Shown here: positions 25,430 through 35,363 of the stretch, piece after piece
Numbering within the stretch: position 1 is the first letter of the stretch
How the letters are laid out: the number at the start of each line of letters is the position of its first letter
Virus record (IMG/VR): IMGVR_UViG_3300030118_005363
Coordinates: 1 to 61,104 of that record
Strand: one strand, 5' to 3'
Length of the DNA: 61,104 nucleotides
Source of the DNA: a virus
Lineage: Duplodnaviria > Caudoviricetes
Program-made: the position numbers and the translations under genes
Notes under the pieces: model-generated
Seen by the model: the letters and a program-made list of their open reading frames with translations, nothing else
Told to the model about the DNA's origin: nothing
Databases searched by the model: none

Positions 25430-27829
25430 ATGCCCGACCCTCAACCAAATGAAAATCGTAATGATTTTATGGATAGGTGCATGGGTGATGATAAAATGAG
25501 AAATGAATTTGAAAATCCAGCACAAAGAGCCGCAGTATGCAATTCATACTTTGAAGGTAAAAAAGCCGATACTGTTGAGGCTTTACAATATGGAAGGCCG
25601 GGAAAAAATGACCCACGAAAGACACCTGCTAAACCAAGTGAGCGCAGAAAGGGTTCAAAGAAAAATAAACCGGGTTCTGCTAAAAAACCTAACAAATCAA
25701 TTAGCATGAGCAAATCAACAGAAGCACGCATTCGCAAATTGATGACAGAACATAACAAAAAGGTTGCAAAAAAAGGCAAAGGGTCAAAAGCAAGCATGGG
25801 AAGGCTAAAGTCAGTGTTTAGAAGGGGTGCAGGTGCATTTTCTCGTTCACACGCACCTAACATGAGCAGAACTGGTTGGGGAATAGCAAGAGTCAAAGCA
25901 TTTTTGTATCTTTTGCGCAATGGCCGACCAAGTAACCCAAATTACAAACAAGATAATGATTTACTTCCTAAATCTCATCCAAGAGCAAAAAAAGCAGATG
26001 AAGATTATGAGGACTGGGATGGGGTTGAGTTTGAAGGCGCAGAATATCAAGGGCGCAAAGTTACACTTAACAAACCGTTCAGAACTCCAAAAGAAAAGAA
26101 AAAGTTTGCAGTATATGTTCAAAATCCCGCAGGTAAAGTAGTTATTGTTAGATTTGGCGACCCTAACATGGAAATTAAGCGTGACGACCCAAAACGACGC
26201 AAAGCATTCCGTGATAGGCATAGTTGTGATGAGAAGAAAGATAAGACTACTCCGGGTTACTGGTCTTGTAAAATGTGGGAAAAAGGAAAATCTGTAACAG
26301 ATTATACCAGTAGCGAGTTTAATAAAACAGACGAAAGTGTAACAGAAGTCATGGGCGGTTGTGGTTGCGGTTGTAGCGGTGATTCCGTTGAAGCCAAGAT
26401 GATTAGAAAAGATGTATTTGATAATCCAGCAGAAGCCATGAGAAGGGCTAAAGAAATGGGATGCGATGAAATTCACTCACATGAAGAAGATGGTCAAACA
26501 GTCTTTATGCCATGCAAAACTCATAATGAATATATGCAAAAAAATGAAGGAAAGGATATTCCTAAGAAAGAACAAGAAGTCGAAGGTTATGGTAGTGGCG
26601 GCGGAAGCGGCGGCAGTTATGGTCGTTCTTCTTGCAGAACAGGTTATAAAATGCAAAATGGAAAATGTGTAAAGGCTACATTCCAAATAGATATTGACAT
26701 AAATGTTGATGATATGGTTTTGCAAGCAACAACAGGTGAATATATTGTTGCAATATCGGGTGTTGCATTCCATGATGGCATTAACAGAAATGGTTGGGAA
26801 ATAACAAGAGCAGGCGCAGACCTTGCAGTATCACAAATGATAGGTGCAGACTTAACCTTAAATCATCCTACTTCTGAAAATGGTCGCTTTAAGAGAAATA
26901 TGAATGGCGGTGTTGATGAAGCAGTAGTTGGATTTGTCACAGAAGCATCCGTTGTTGATAAATTCAATGGCGATTGGGAAGTTAGATTCAAAGCAGAAGT
27001 TCACAGAAAAGAGTTGTTTGAGGCTCTTGAATCCGGTCTTTGGCTAAGACAAGGCTATGGAGTATCTATTGGTGGTAGTGGCATTCCCGATAAAATGGCA
27101 GAAGCAGAAGATGGCAAAATGATTATGACATTTGAAAGCGATTTCCAATTCGACCATCTTGCAATTGTGCATAGACCTGCATACAACGGCGCAAAAATTG
27201 AAAGCGTTGAAAGAGTAAAATTAGCAGAATCCGCAGAATCCTTTAATAATCATATAGATTCTGTTCCAACCATCGCAACGGAGAGAAACCCAATGTCAGA
27301 AGAAATTGTAGCATCCGAAGAAATCAGCGAAGAAGTTATTGAAACTCCTATCGCAGAAGAATCCACTATTGACTATTCCGCAGAAATTGAGGCTCTAAAG
27401 GCTTCACTTGCAGAAAAAGAAAAAGAACTAAACTCAATCAAGGCCGCAGAAGAAGCAAAAGCCGAAGAAGCACGCCTTGCACTTGTTAAGAAAGCAAGTG
27501 ATATGGGAATTGCAGGTATTGATGCACTTCCTTCTGAAACTCTTGAGTCAATCATTGCTTCCTTTGAGGCAAAGACTGCAACAGAAGAAGTTGTTGAAAT
27601 GACACCTGTTGCAAGCAGTGTTGAGGCATCCGAAACACCTGCAACCCCTGCATCAACAGAAGTTGTTGCAAACTATCTTAACAGAAAGAAACTTGAAACT
27701 CCTGTCGGTATTTATGCAAAGGCATACAACGCATGGGCTAAGGCTTGGAATCAAACCTTGTCTGCCGCAGAAAAAGACCGTATGGGTGCTAAAACTTTTG
27801 AAGAATTAAAAGAACAAAACATGATTTAA
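25430..27829 (+). CDS. Multidomain prohead protease/scaffold protein
   Basis: Located before the capsid genes; GVAFHDGINRNG, LNH, GVSIG, DHLAIVHRPAY protease-like core; acidic coiled-coil C-terminus. Confidence 0.75.
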   Translation: MPDPQPNENRNDFMDRCMGDDKMRNEFENPAQRAAVCNSYFEGKKADTVEALQYGRPGKNDPRKTPAKPSERRKGSKKNKPGSAKKPNKSISMSKSTEARIRKLMTEHNKKVAKKGKGSKASMGRLKSVFRRGAGAFSRSHAPNMSRTGWGIARVKAFLYLLRNGRPSNPNYKQDNDLLPKSHPRAKKADEDYEDWDGVEFEGAEYQGRKVTLNKPFRTPKEKKKFAVYVQNPAGKVVIVRFGDPNMEIKRDDPKRRKAFRDRHSCDEKKDKTTPGYWSCKMWEKGKSVTDYTSSEFNKTDESVTEVMGGCGCGCSGDSVEAKMIRKDVFDNPAEAMRRAKEMGCDEIHSHEEDGQTVFMPCKTHNEYMQKNEGKDIPKKEQEVEGYGSGGGSGGSYGRSSCRTGYKMQNGKCVKATFQIDIDINVDDMVLQATTGEYIVAISGVAFHDGINRNGWEITRAGADLAVSQMIGADLTLNHPTSENGRFKRNMNGGVDEAVVGFVTEASVVDKFNGDWEVRFKAEVHRKELFEALESGLWLRQGYGVSIGGSGIPDKMAEAEDGKMIMTFESDFQFDHLAIVHRPAYNGAKIESVERVKLAESAESFNNHIDSVPTIATERNPMSEEIVASEEISEEVIETPIAEESTIDYSAEIEALKASLAEKEKELNSIKAAEEAKAEEARLALVKKASDMGIAGIDALPSETLESIIASFEAKTATEEVVEMTPVASSVEASETPATPASTEVVANYLNRKKLETPVGIYAKAYNAWAKAWNQTLSAAEKDRMGAKTFEELKEQNMI

Positions 27830-27840
27830 GGTGATTAAAA

Positions 27841-28272
27841 ATGGTAGTATTGAATAACCCACGAACAGGAACAATGAAAAGCGGTGTAACTTCTGCTGAT
27901 AAAGCAGGGCTATGCCTACACTTAGACGGCACAGGAACTTGGGAAGTCTGCACAGAAGATGATGTAGTCTTGGCAGTTACCGCAGACGAGCAAGAGAGAG
28001 ATATAAACGGCTTGGTAGCAGGCGGCAGTGTATCTTACTACACAATGAACGGAGTCTTGATGATTGCTTCAAAGGCTTCTCAAGAATACACTACTGGACT
28101 TGCAGTTTTCGCAACCGCAGGTGGGCTTGTAACAGATTCAGACGACAAAGGCGGCCATGAGGCAGGCGGCGGTGCAAAGAAAGTTGGTATTTATGTAGGA
28201 ACAGGAGTCACAACCGGCTCGGCTGATGGTGACTTAATTCCAGTTGATACATCATTTGCGGCAAAGGCTTGA
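27841..28272 (+). CDS. Head decoration/cement protein (putative)
   Basis: Small Gly-rich beta protein directly upstream of the major capsid gene. Confidence 0.55.
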   Translation: MVVLNNPRTGTMKSGVTSADKAGLCLHLDGTGTWEVCTEDDVVLAVTADEQERDINGLVAGGSVSYYTMNGVLMIASKASQEYTTGLAVFATAGGLVTDSDDKGGHEAGGGAKKVGIYVGTGVTTGSADGDLIPVDTSFAAKA

Positions 28273-28291
28273 GATTAAAAAAATATAGGAG

Positions 28292-29209
28292 ATGAATAAG
28301 ATGAACAATACATTAGAAGAAATACTAACAGTTGAAGCGGCGACAGGACAATTCGGACAGGCTGATGCAGTCCTTGAACAAACGCTAAGAGATTTTATTG
28401 AATTACAATCAACCACAATCGCAGTCGGAACACAAGTTGTTGGTGTCCGTTCAGTGCCATACCTTGAATTTACATGGTATTCCGGTGCAGAAGGAACATT
28501 TACCTATCCTCTTGCTGACAATGCAGTTACAGACCCAACAAAGGTTGGAACTGCATCTTACTCGGTTCACTTGAAGAAAGGACAAGGCCGATGTATCTTC
28601 CTTGACTCCACACTACTTCGTGGTGAAACCTTTGAGAACATGGATAGACAACAAATGGCTATTGTCCGAAACAGGGCATCAGTTATAGACAACCTAATTA
28701 TATCTGCTCTTATTGATGGTGCAGGTCAAACCGTAACAGTAAGCGGTGGTGCAGAATGGGATAGCGGAAGCGGCGATGCAGAAGCAAACATTCTTGATGC
28801 TATGGATAAAATCTTTACCAATGGCCGTGTGTCCGGTGACGAAGCAGTTGCTATTATCTTGCCAACCACTGCAAGAAAGACTTTGATGGCTACTACCCTT
28901 TACGGAAATGTCGTTGAATCACTTGCTGATAACTTGTCAAGAAAGATGAACATTACCTTCTATTACAGTCGTGATGCACTTCTTGAGGACACTGCTCTTG
29001 TCCTAATTCCGGGCGCAGAAACCGCCGAGTTTTTGCAATACAACGGTGATGGATTCCAAGAAACTGAATTGACTCGTATTCCGGGCGTTGGTTTTGACTG
29101 GATGCTAACTGGCTACATGGCTTGTGTTGTTCACGAACACCAAGATACCCAAGCGGCAGGCAGTGGAAAGAACGATAGAATCTGTAAGATTACAAACATT
29201 ACCGCTTGA
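28292..29209 (+). CDS. Major capsid protein (probably HK97 fold)
   Basis: Position after the protease/scaffold, 305 aa, strong GGAGA RBS, IDNLIISAL backbone-helix pattern. Confidence 0.75.
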   Translation: MNKMNNTLEEILTVEAATGQFGQADAVLEQTLRDFIELQSTTIAVGTQVVGVRSVPYLEFTWYSGAEGTFTYPLADNAVTDPTKVGTASYSVHLKKGQGRCIFLDSTLLRGETFENMDRQQMAIVRNRASVIDNLIISALIDGAGQTVTVSGGAEWDSGSGDAEANILDAMDKIFTNGRVSGDEAVAIILPTTARKTLMATTLYGNVVESLADNLSRKMNITFYYSRDALLEDTALVLIPGAETAEFLQYNGDGFQETELTRIPGVGFDWMLTGYMACVVHEHQDTQAAGSGKNDRICKITNITA

Positions 29210-29227
29210 GGTTAGGCGGTGATTTAG

Positions 29228-29461
29228 TTGTCTAACAGAAGCGAGTTTTTGTGCGCATACGCCTCTCGTTGGTTAGGTCGTGCTTTGACAGAAGAAGAAG
29301 CCGAATTAGTTTCTGCTGAAACAAGCAGAAGAAAGGTTCAAACTCTTTGCGAAGGCTTTAATGCCAAACCAAAGAAAAAATCTTCTAAACCTAAAAAGTC
29401 TGTATCGAAAGATAAAGACATTGAGGCAGTTGTAAAGGAGGAATCTAAGAATGAAGAATAA
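29228..29461 (+). CDS. Small Lys-rich protein
   Basis: TTG start after GGTGA RBS. Confidence 0.55.
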   Translation: MSNRSEFLCAYASRWLGRALTEEEAELVSAETSRRKVQTLCEGFNAKPKKKSSKPKKSVSKDKDIEAVVKEESKNEE

Positions 29462-29882
29462 AGCCGCAGTCGCTAAGGCTTTAAAAGAAAAGGGCTTACC
29501 ACTTCCCGAAGAAGATTCTTTCGATGCAATGATGCACCGATTAAATACATGGGAAACTTCAAGAGGTTTTTTATTTAGAAGAATTAAGTCACGATTTTAT
29601 GCTTCTCAAAAATTACCTGTTGATATTCCTTTTGGAACAGTAGTATTTGTGCCTGCAAGTGAATTTGCCCGTAAAATTATGAAAACTGGCGCAATGTTCC
29701 CATTAGGTCGTGCAGAATATAATCCTAAAGTTCACACACTTATTGATGTTCCTAAAACCGAAGTTTATTCAGAACCAAAAGTTGAAAAGCCAAAGGCTAA
29801 AAAGGCTACACCAAAGAAGAAAAGCAGTGCAAAGGTGAAAAAGAGTGGCAATAACAAATCCAACAGTAAGTCAAATTCGTGA
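29451..29882 (+). CDS. Hypothetical protein with Lys-rich tail
   Basis: GGAGG RBS; overlaps neighbours. Confidence 0.6.
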   Translation: MKNKAAVAKALKEKGLPLPEEDSFDAMMHRLNTWETSRGFLFRRIKSRFYASQKLPVDIPFGTVVFVPASEFARKIMKTGAMFPLGRAEYNPKVHTLIDVPKTEVYSEPKVEKPKAKKATPKKKSSAKVKKSGNNKSNSKSNS

Positions 29883-30234
29883 TTTGCTCAACAGACCGAG
29901 AGGACTGAATGACGCAACAATAAGCGAATATATTACTATGCGCAGTGCGCAAGTAAGTCGTATGCGCAGAACTACACTTTATGGTGTTTCAAGTGCAGTC
30001 ACAGACACAGAATGCGAATCAGCAATCAAAATGCTTGTTTGTGTTGATTGTTTAAGAGTAATGATTGATACTATCCCTATGTATTTTCCCGAAGCCGAGC
30101 AAAGAAGAACAGACATACGGCTTTCTCAACAAATGAAATCATTTGAAAAACATGCTGATGAATTGCTCAAGGCTATAAGCGAAGCAGAATCTTCTGCGTT
30201 TGTAATTAATAGTAGCAATAGTCGGCAGGTGTGA
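29845..30234 (+). CDS. Head-tail connector-like protein
   Basis: PTVSQIRDLL...LNDATISEYI helical pattern; position after the capsid genes. Confidence 0.5.
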   Translation: MAITNPTVSQIRDLLNRPRGLNDATISEYITMRSAQVSRMRRTTLYGVSSAVTDTECESAIKMLVCVDCLRVMIDTIPMYFPEAEQRRTDIRLSQQMKSFEKHADELLKAISEAESSAFVINSSNSRQV

Positions 30235-32459
30235 TAATGCCTTCATACACATGGGTTGGGAGTGTAAGCGGAGATGCAAGCAATGCTAATAATTGGAATC
30301 CAGTAGGTGTGCCTGCAAGTGGCGATACTGCAATTTTTGATGCTACAAGCACACAAAACTGCGTATGGAATATATCTGTTGTTGGTGATATTGAAATAGA
30401 TTCAGCATTTCCAAACTTGCTTGATATGTCGGTAAATGCGGAAATAGAAACTGGTTTATCTTGCGCAAAAGAAAATTGTATTGCTTCAACAAATAATAAT
30501 ACCGTAATTCAATTTACTGGAACACCTTTATTTACAAATAATTACATTGGATATAAATGCGCAAATATGTTCGCTGATATAACGGCAAGAAATAATATTT
30601 TATTTCAATTCAGCCACCCTCTTATCCCTATGCAACTAACAGGTGGTGTTTATCCACATTGTCATTTTGTTAAAGGTTTTAGAACACAATACTTTGCGCC
30701 GCCAACAGGCGGAACACAATATAGATTAAATTTTATGAGTATAGTTATTGCAGGAGGTTCAGTAAGTCCAATGTCATCAACACCGTCTGCTGATGATAGA
30801 TTGATGGAATTTATTATTGATTCATCAACCAACCATAATACTTCTACTGGAAGTAGTCAATTAACTATTACAAGTTCGACATTAGGCACTTTTAATGGTG
30901 GTTTTGGAACATGGACTTTTCAAGGAAGTTCAAGTGGTTTTCAAATGCCTGTTACTGGAAATAATTTTTATAATGGATTTATTTTTAAATTTGAAAATAT
31001 GATTCTTGACTCAAGCGCAGTAGGAACACCTGCGTTAGCAAAAATGCCTTATGGCTGTATTCTTGCTTTGACAAACTTAACCATTAACATAGGCGTAATA
31101 TTGATGGGTGCTTCTCAAGGTTCAATAATACATCTTGTAAATAGACCAACAATACAAGGGACATGGGCGTTTTTTGCTATTGCAGATGGTATTTATTTTA
31201 CAAATAAAACTTATACATTAGCAGTTCCACACGGAGGAACAGGATTACAAACTGTTGCCACAGGTGCTATTTTATTTGGTCAAGATTTTCAAAAATTAGG
31301 GACAGACGGTGCTTTTACATATACTGGGAATACACTTACTTTAGGTAGTGGTGGTATTCAATTTTCAGATGGAACAACACAAACTACTGCCGCAACAGGC
31401 GGAGGCGGAGGCGGAGGAATAGGTGTAAATATTCAAGATGAAGGCGTAGCATTGACTACTACGGCTACTACTCTTAACTTTGTTGATGATGTAATTCCTG
31501 TTCAAACTGTTCCAACCACACAAGGATTATGTGTTCAAGCAACAGGCACAGGTGCAGTTAAAACAATTACTATTGATGGCTCAAAAGTTAGAGCAAGTGC
31601 AACAGATACATTGCCAACCTATCTTGATGCAAAATTGCAAGCAGGCGCAAACATAAGTATTACTCCCGATACTTCTGCCGCCGCAACAACAGGACACGCA
31701 TTTACATTTGCGGCAGACAATAATAAAGTAAAAATATCTTCGGCAGACACAACAGAAAATTTCTTAGAAAGTAAATTAGTTGCAGGTTCTAACATTACTC
31801 TTACTAAACAAAATGCAGGTGCAAATGAAACAATTCAAATTTCATCAACAGGTGGGGGCGGTGGCGGTGGCGGTGGTTATCCATTGTTTAAACATGACCA
31901 ATTGCCTTCAACACATGGTTTTTCACCGTTTAGATTGTTAGTTGATGGAGATACAATAGAGTTAGGAGTGTCAAGTGGTGGCGTTGATAATACAGATGTG
32001 TCAGTATTTACTCCTACTAACGATGAAAACGCAGATGCTTTTATTGAAGTTAGTGCGATAGGCGATGTATCACAAAATACAGGTCGTGAGTATATTTTTT
32101 ATGGTCAAGGTCGTAGAGGTCTTGAAACTGTTTATTCAACAAATAATATTAGTGCTTCGGGTTATCCTATTGTTTTTGTTCAAAGTATGTCGCAAGTAAT
32201 TTTGCCACCTAACCCATTTGGTTTTACTTTGACTAATTTACAAATATTTCCCGGTGACGGATTAAACAATGTTAGAGTTCTTGATGCAGGCGAGCATACT
32301 GTTTTACTTGGTGGCGAGCCTATTTTTGACCCCGAAAATCCCGACCCTCCTGACCCCGGAGAACCACAGACTGTAAGGGTATTGCTTATTGTTGATTATC
32401 AATTGCTTGATGATGGAAGGGGAAGATTTTTCCCAAATTATAGATTAAAGAGAGGATAA
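30231..32459 (+). CDS. Virion fibre/adhesin-like protein
   Basis: Thr/Gly-rich; VPHGGTG motif, poly-Gly linkers, duplicated module. Confidence 0.7.
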   Translation: MIMPSYTWVGSVSGDASNANNWNPVGVPASGDTAIFDATSTQNCVWNISVVGDIEIDSAFPNLLDMSVNAEIETGLSCAKENCIASTNNNTVIQFTGTPLFTNNYIGYKCANMFADITARNNILFQFSHPLIPMQLTGGVYPHCHFVKGFRTQYFAPPTGGTQYRLNFMSIVIAGGSVSPMSSTPSADDRLMEFIIDSSTNHNTSTGSSQLTITSSTLGTFNGGFGTWTFQGSSSGFQMPVTGNNFYNGFIFKFENMILDSSAVGTPALAKMPYGCILALTNLTINIGVILMGASQGSIIHLVNRPTIQGTWAFFAIADGIYFTNKTYTLAVPHGGTGLQTVATGAILFGQDFQKLGTDGAFTYTGNTLTLGSGGIQFSDGTTQTTAATGGGGGGGIGVNIQDEGVALTTTATTLNFVDDVIPVQTVPTTQGLCVQATGTGAVKTITIDGSKVRASATDTLPTYLDAKLQAGANISITPDTSAAATTGHAFTFAADNNKVKISSADTTENFLESKLVAGSNITLTKQNAGANETIQISSTGGGGGGGGGYPLFKHDQLPSTHGFSPFRLLVDGDTIELGVSSGGVDNTDVSVFTPTNDENADAFIEVSAIGDVSQNTGREYIFYGQGRRGLETVYSTNNISASGYPIVFVQSMSQVILPPNPFGFTLTNLQIFPGDGLNNVRVLDAGEHTVLLGGEPIFDPENPDPPDPGEPQTVRVLLIVDYQLLDDGRGRFFPNYRLKRG

Positions 32460-32461
32460 TA

Positions 32462-32629
32462 ATGCGAAAAGGAAAAATTGTATATGTGCCACCGGAAAAG
32501 TGTTACACTAACATAAACATTGAAGAAACACCACACGGCTACCGTCTATATAGGGAGGGCGAAGCCCGTCACTTTGCAATAGTGCCATTATCAAAAGCAG
32601 TAGTTGTAGAATACAAAGAAAATAGGTGA
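32462..32629 (+). CDS. Small hypothetical protein (not in ORF track)
   Basis: MRKGKIVYVPPEKCY...EYKENR, 55 aa, GAGG RBS. Confidence 0.55.
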   Translation: MRKGKIVYVPPEKCYTNINIEETPHGYRLYREGEARHFAIVPLSKAVVVEYKENR

Positions 32630-32946
32630 ATAAAATGGATATAGAAACATTAGGAATTATAGGCGCAATAGGATTGTTCGGTGCAGGTCTTGCATTTAAG
32701 TATTGGAATAAAATAAAACCAAAACTTGATGCCGCACTTGCAGATGGTCAATTGACACTTGAAGAAGCAATGTCATTAGCAGAAGATGCAAAAGAAATTG
32801 TTGAAGAAGTAAAATCATTGCCTTCATACAGTAAAATGAAGCGTATGCGCAAATCAGAAATTATGAACTTGTGCGCAGAATATAATATTGATACCGAAGG
32901 AACAAAAGACCAGTTAATAGAAAAACTTAAAGAAGCGGTGAAGTAA
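32626..32946 (+). CDS. Membrane protein with C-terminal SAP-like motif
   Basis: N-terminal TM; MRKSEIMNLCAEYNIDTEGTKDQLIEKL. Confidence 0.6.
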   Translation: MNKMDIETLGIIGAIGLFGAGLAFKYWNKIKPKLDAALADGQLTLEEAMSLAEDAKEIVEEVKSLPSYSKMKRMRKSEIMNLCAEYNIDTEGTKDQLIEKLKEAVK

Positions 32947-32947
32947 A

Positions 32948-33478
32948 ATGGTATATTATTGTAGTGTTGCTGATGTTGGTTCAAGATTAGGTCTTGATTC
33001 TGCGCAAAGAGATAGAGCGCAGTCAAGAATAATAAGACACATTAGACAAACCACAATTTACATAGACCAAACATTTTTGCAATATGGTCGTGATGAACCA
33101 AGTCGTGAAACTGCGCAAACTACTTTGAACGGCGCAGTATCAGCAGGTGCTACAACAATTACACTAACAAGTGTAACAGGCTTTGCAAGCGCAGGTTCGG
33201 GAAATATTGATGGAGATTCTTTTACATGGACTGGTATATCCACTAATGACTTAACAGGCGTTACTGGAATTAGTGCAGACCATTTAAGCGGTGTTGTTGT
33301 TGAACAAGGTGAATTTGCGCATATTGTGCGTGAAATTTGCGCAGATTTAGCGGCGGCTTCATATCTTGAAGATGAAGGCACACATCAAACTGGCGCAGAT
33401 GGTGGTTTAAGAGGCCAAACTTTGCGTGATAGAGGAAACCATTGTTTAACAGTCCTGTGTCATTTAGGCAGGGCGTGA
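32948..33478 (+). CDS. Head-tail adaptor-like protein
   Basis: YCSVADV N-terminus and REICADLAA helix. Confidence 0.55.
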   Translation: MVYYCSVADVGSRLGLDSAQRDRAQSRIIRHIRQTTIYIDQTFLQYGRDEPSRETAQTTLNGAVSAGATTITLTSVTGFASAGSGNIDGDSFTWTGISTNDLTGVTGISADHLSGVVVEQGEFAHIVREICADLAAASYLEDEGTHQTGADGGLRGQTLRDRGNHCLTVLCHLGRA

Positions 33479-33484
33479 TTATGA

Positions 33485-34204
33485 ATGAGTTTTACTGCTA
33501 ACGCAAGAGGCACTTATTCCGACATTAAAGTTGTAATGAATGATGTAGGATTGCGACGAGCATTAAGAATGTTAGGTAAAACAGGAGAAGATAACTTAGA
33601 TGGTTTTCTAAAGTTAATAACACAAGAACAAGTTGCTATAATGCAAAAAGAATTAAAGTCAAAAGCAGGTGCTTTGGCAAATGTTCGTGTGCCTTCGCCT
33701 AAAGGTTTGCCTTTTGCTAAATCAAAAAATATTTATGTAAAAGTTGCTGATGCTTTGAAAATTCATAAAATGAAAAAAATGGAATACAAAGTGCATACTG
33801 GTGAATCTATACAACAAGCAGAACGGGGTGTTTTAGGACAAAGAGGCGGAAAAATTGCGCACATTGTAGCAAAAGGTATGAACCCTTTTAGATATGGTAA
33901 TTTACCACCACTTGTTATGTCAAGCACACGATGGTATAAGAAAACTGGTGTTGCAGGTTGGATTACCACAGGTATGAAAATGAAGCGCACGCATCCGGGT
34001 TTTAAAGATACACTTGATTTTATTGGACTAATAGAAAAAAGAGTAGCAAAAGAGTTTGAATCAAAAGTTGATAGCGCAATAGTAGCGGCAGGTATAGCCG
34101 CAGGTTTTAGCACAACAGAATCATTAGGTATGGGTAGAAGTGCTGTTGGTGGAAAAGTAGCAACATCAACAGGTGGAACAGGAATAATGAGCGCAAGGAA
34201 GTGA
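33485..34204 (+). CDS. Neck/tail-completion-like basic protein
   Basis: Position and composition; HPG motif near the C-terminus. Confidence 0.45.
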   Translation: MSFTANARGTYSDIKVVMNDVGLRRALRMLGKTGEDNLDGFLKLITQEQVAIMQKELKSKAGALANVRVPSPKGLPFAKSKNIYVKVADALKIHKMKKMEYKVHTGESIQQAERGVLGQRGGKIAHIVAKGMNPFRYGNLPPLVMSSTRWYKKTGVAGWITTGMKMKRTHPGFKDTLDFIGLIEKRVAKEFESKVDSAIVAAGIAAGFSTTESLGMGRSAVGGKVATSTGGTGIMSARK

Positions 34205-34209
34205 AATAA

Positions 34210-35307
34210 ATGGGAATATCAAAGCAATCAGATTATTGGACTGCAAGATTAAATGGTAATGACCCAACAAGCCCTGTTGGTGATATGAATGTAGCATGGA
34301 CTTTAAATGCAGGCGTAAATGGTGATGGTGTTTCACAAGATGGGTATTGGCGTATATCATCAAGTGGTGGCGGTCAGTTTTGGAAACAAACCGTTGCTGA
34401 TAATGATAATGATTTGACTTTGATGTGTGCTATCCATATTGAATCTGTTCCTAATAATGGTGAAGTCATCATGGCTTTGGATAACGGAAGTCATAGAGTT
34501 GAAGTTCATAGTAATGGTGGTTTCGACAAGTTGAAACTCGTTGGTGCTACTACAACAACCAGTAATGACCTTGACCTCGCTATGAATGAACAAGAACCTG
34601 TTCCCTGCATCTTGCGTTTGACTTTGAGTAGTAGTGGCGTTGCTCGTTTGTATATGAGAGAGATAATAGAAGATGATGATGCACAACAACATTATCTTGA
34701 AGTTTCTGCGCAAAGCAGTAGTGCGCAAGGTGCTTTTTTTGGAACAACAAGCGGCACTGTTGATTTTTATTCTGTTTATTTTACCCCTCATGGTGCATAC
34801 TCTCCCGATGAAATGGATATGTCAGATTTTATTTCGCACAGTCTTTTGCGCACAGGAATGAAAGTTGTAGAAGTTTTGAAAAATTCAAACAGGTTGTTTT
34901 TAAAAACTCATGTCAAGGCAAGTGGTGTTAGGTATGGTTATGATTTATCAAGTAATAGTATGATTAATAGATTCCCGACTCCAAGCGTGCATGTAATGGT
35001 TCAAAAGTCCGAGTCACCGGAGTTTTTAACTTTAGCCGGAACACGCACAGACCAAAGATATGATGTTGTTATTTTTGTTACTACTAAAGGAACAAATTAT
35101 GAAAATTCTTATCGTTTAGGAACAAGCATTCTTGGTGAAGTATTTGATGAGTTATACACAAAAACAGGTTTAGAATCGGGTGTTGATAGTTTAATTTCAT
35201 ACGATGCAAGATTTGATACAAAAGTTGATGATGACGAAGTAGTTTGCATACATTCTTTGACATTAACATACATGAAAAAGATACGCATGTTTTTACGAGA
35301 AGCATAG
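34210..35307 (+). CDS. Tail terminator-like protein with N-terminal beta domain
   Basis: Directly precedes the tail tube gene. Confidence 0.45.
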   Translation: MGISKQSDYWTARLNGNDPTSPVGDMNVAWTLNAGVNGDGVSQDGYWRISSSGGGQFWKQTVADNDNDLTLMCAIHIESVPNNGEVIMALDNGSHRVEVHSNGGFDKLKLVGATTTTSNDLDLAMNEQEPVPCILRLTLSSSGVARLYMREIIEDDDAQQHYLEVSAQSSSAQGAFFGTTSGTVDFYSVYFTPHGAYSPDEMDMSDFISHSLLRTGMKVVEVLKNSNRLFLKTHVKASGVRYGYDLSSNSMINRFPTPSVHVMVQKSESPEFLTLAGTRTDQRYDVVIFVTTKGTNYENSYRLGTSILGEVFDELYTKTGLESGVDSLISYDARFDTKVDDDEVVCIHSLTLTYMKKIRMFLREA

Positions 35308-35363
35308 GGTTATAATCCTTTTAAGGACAATCTTCATAAACCATACATCGCCTCATTTTGAAC

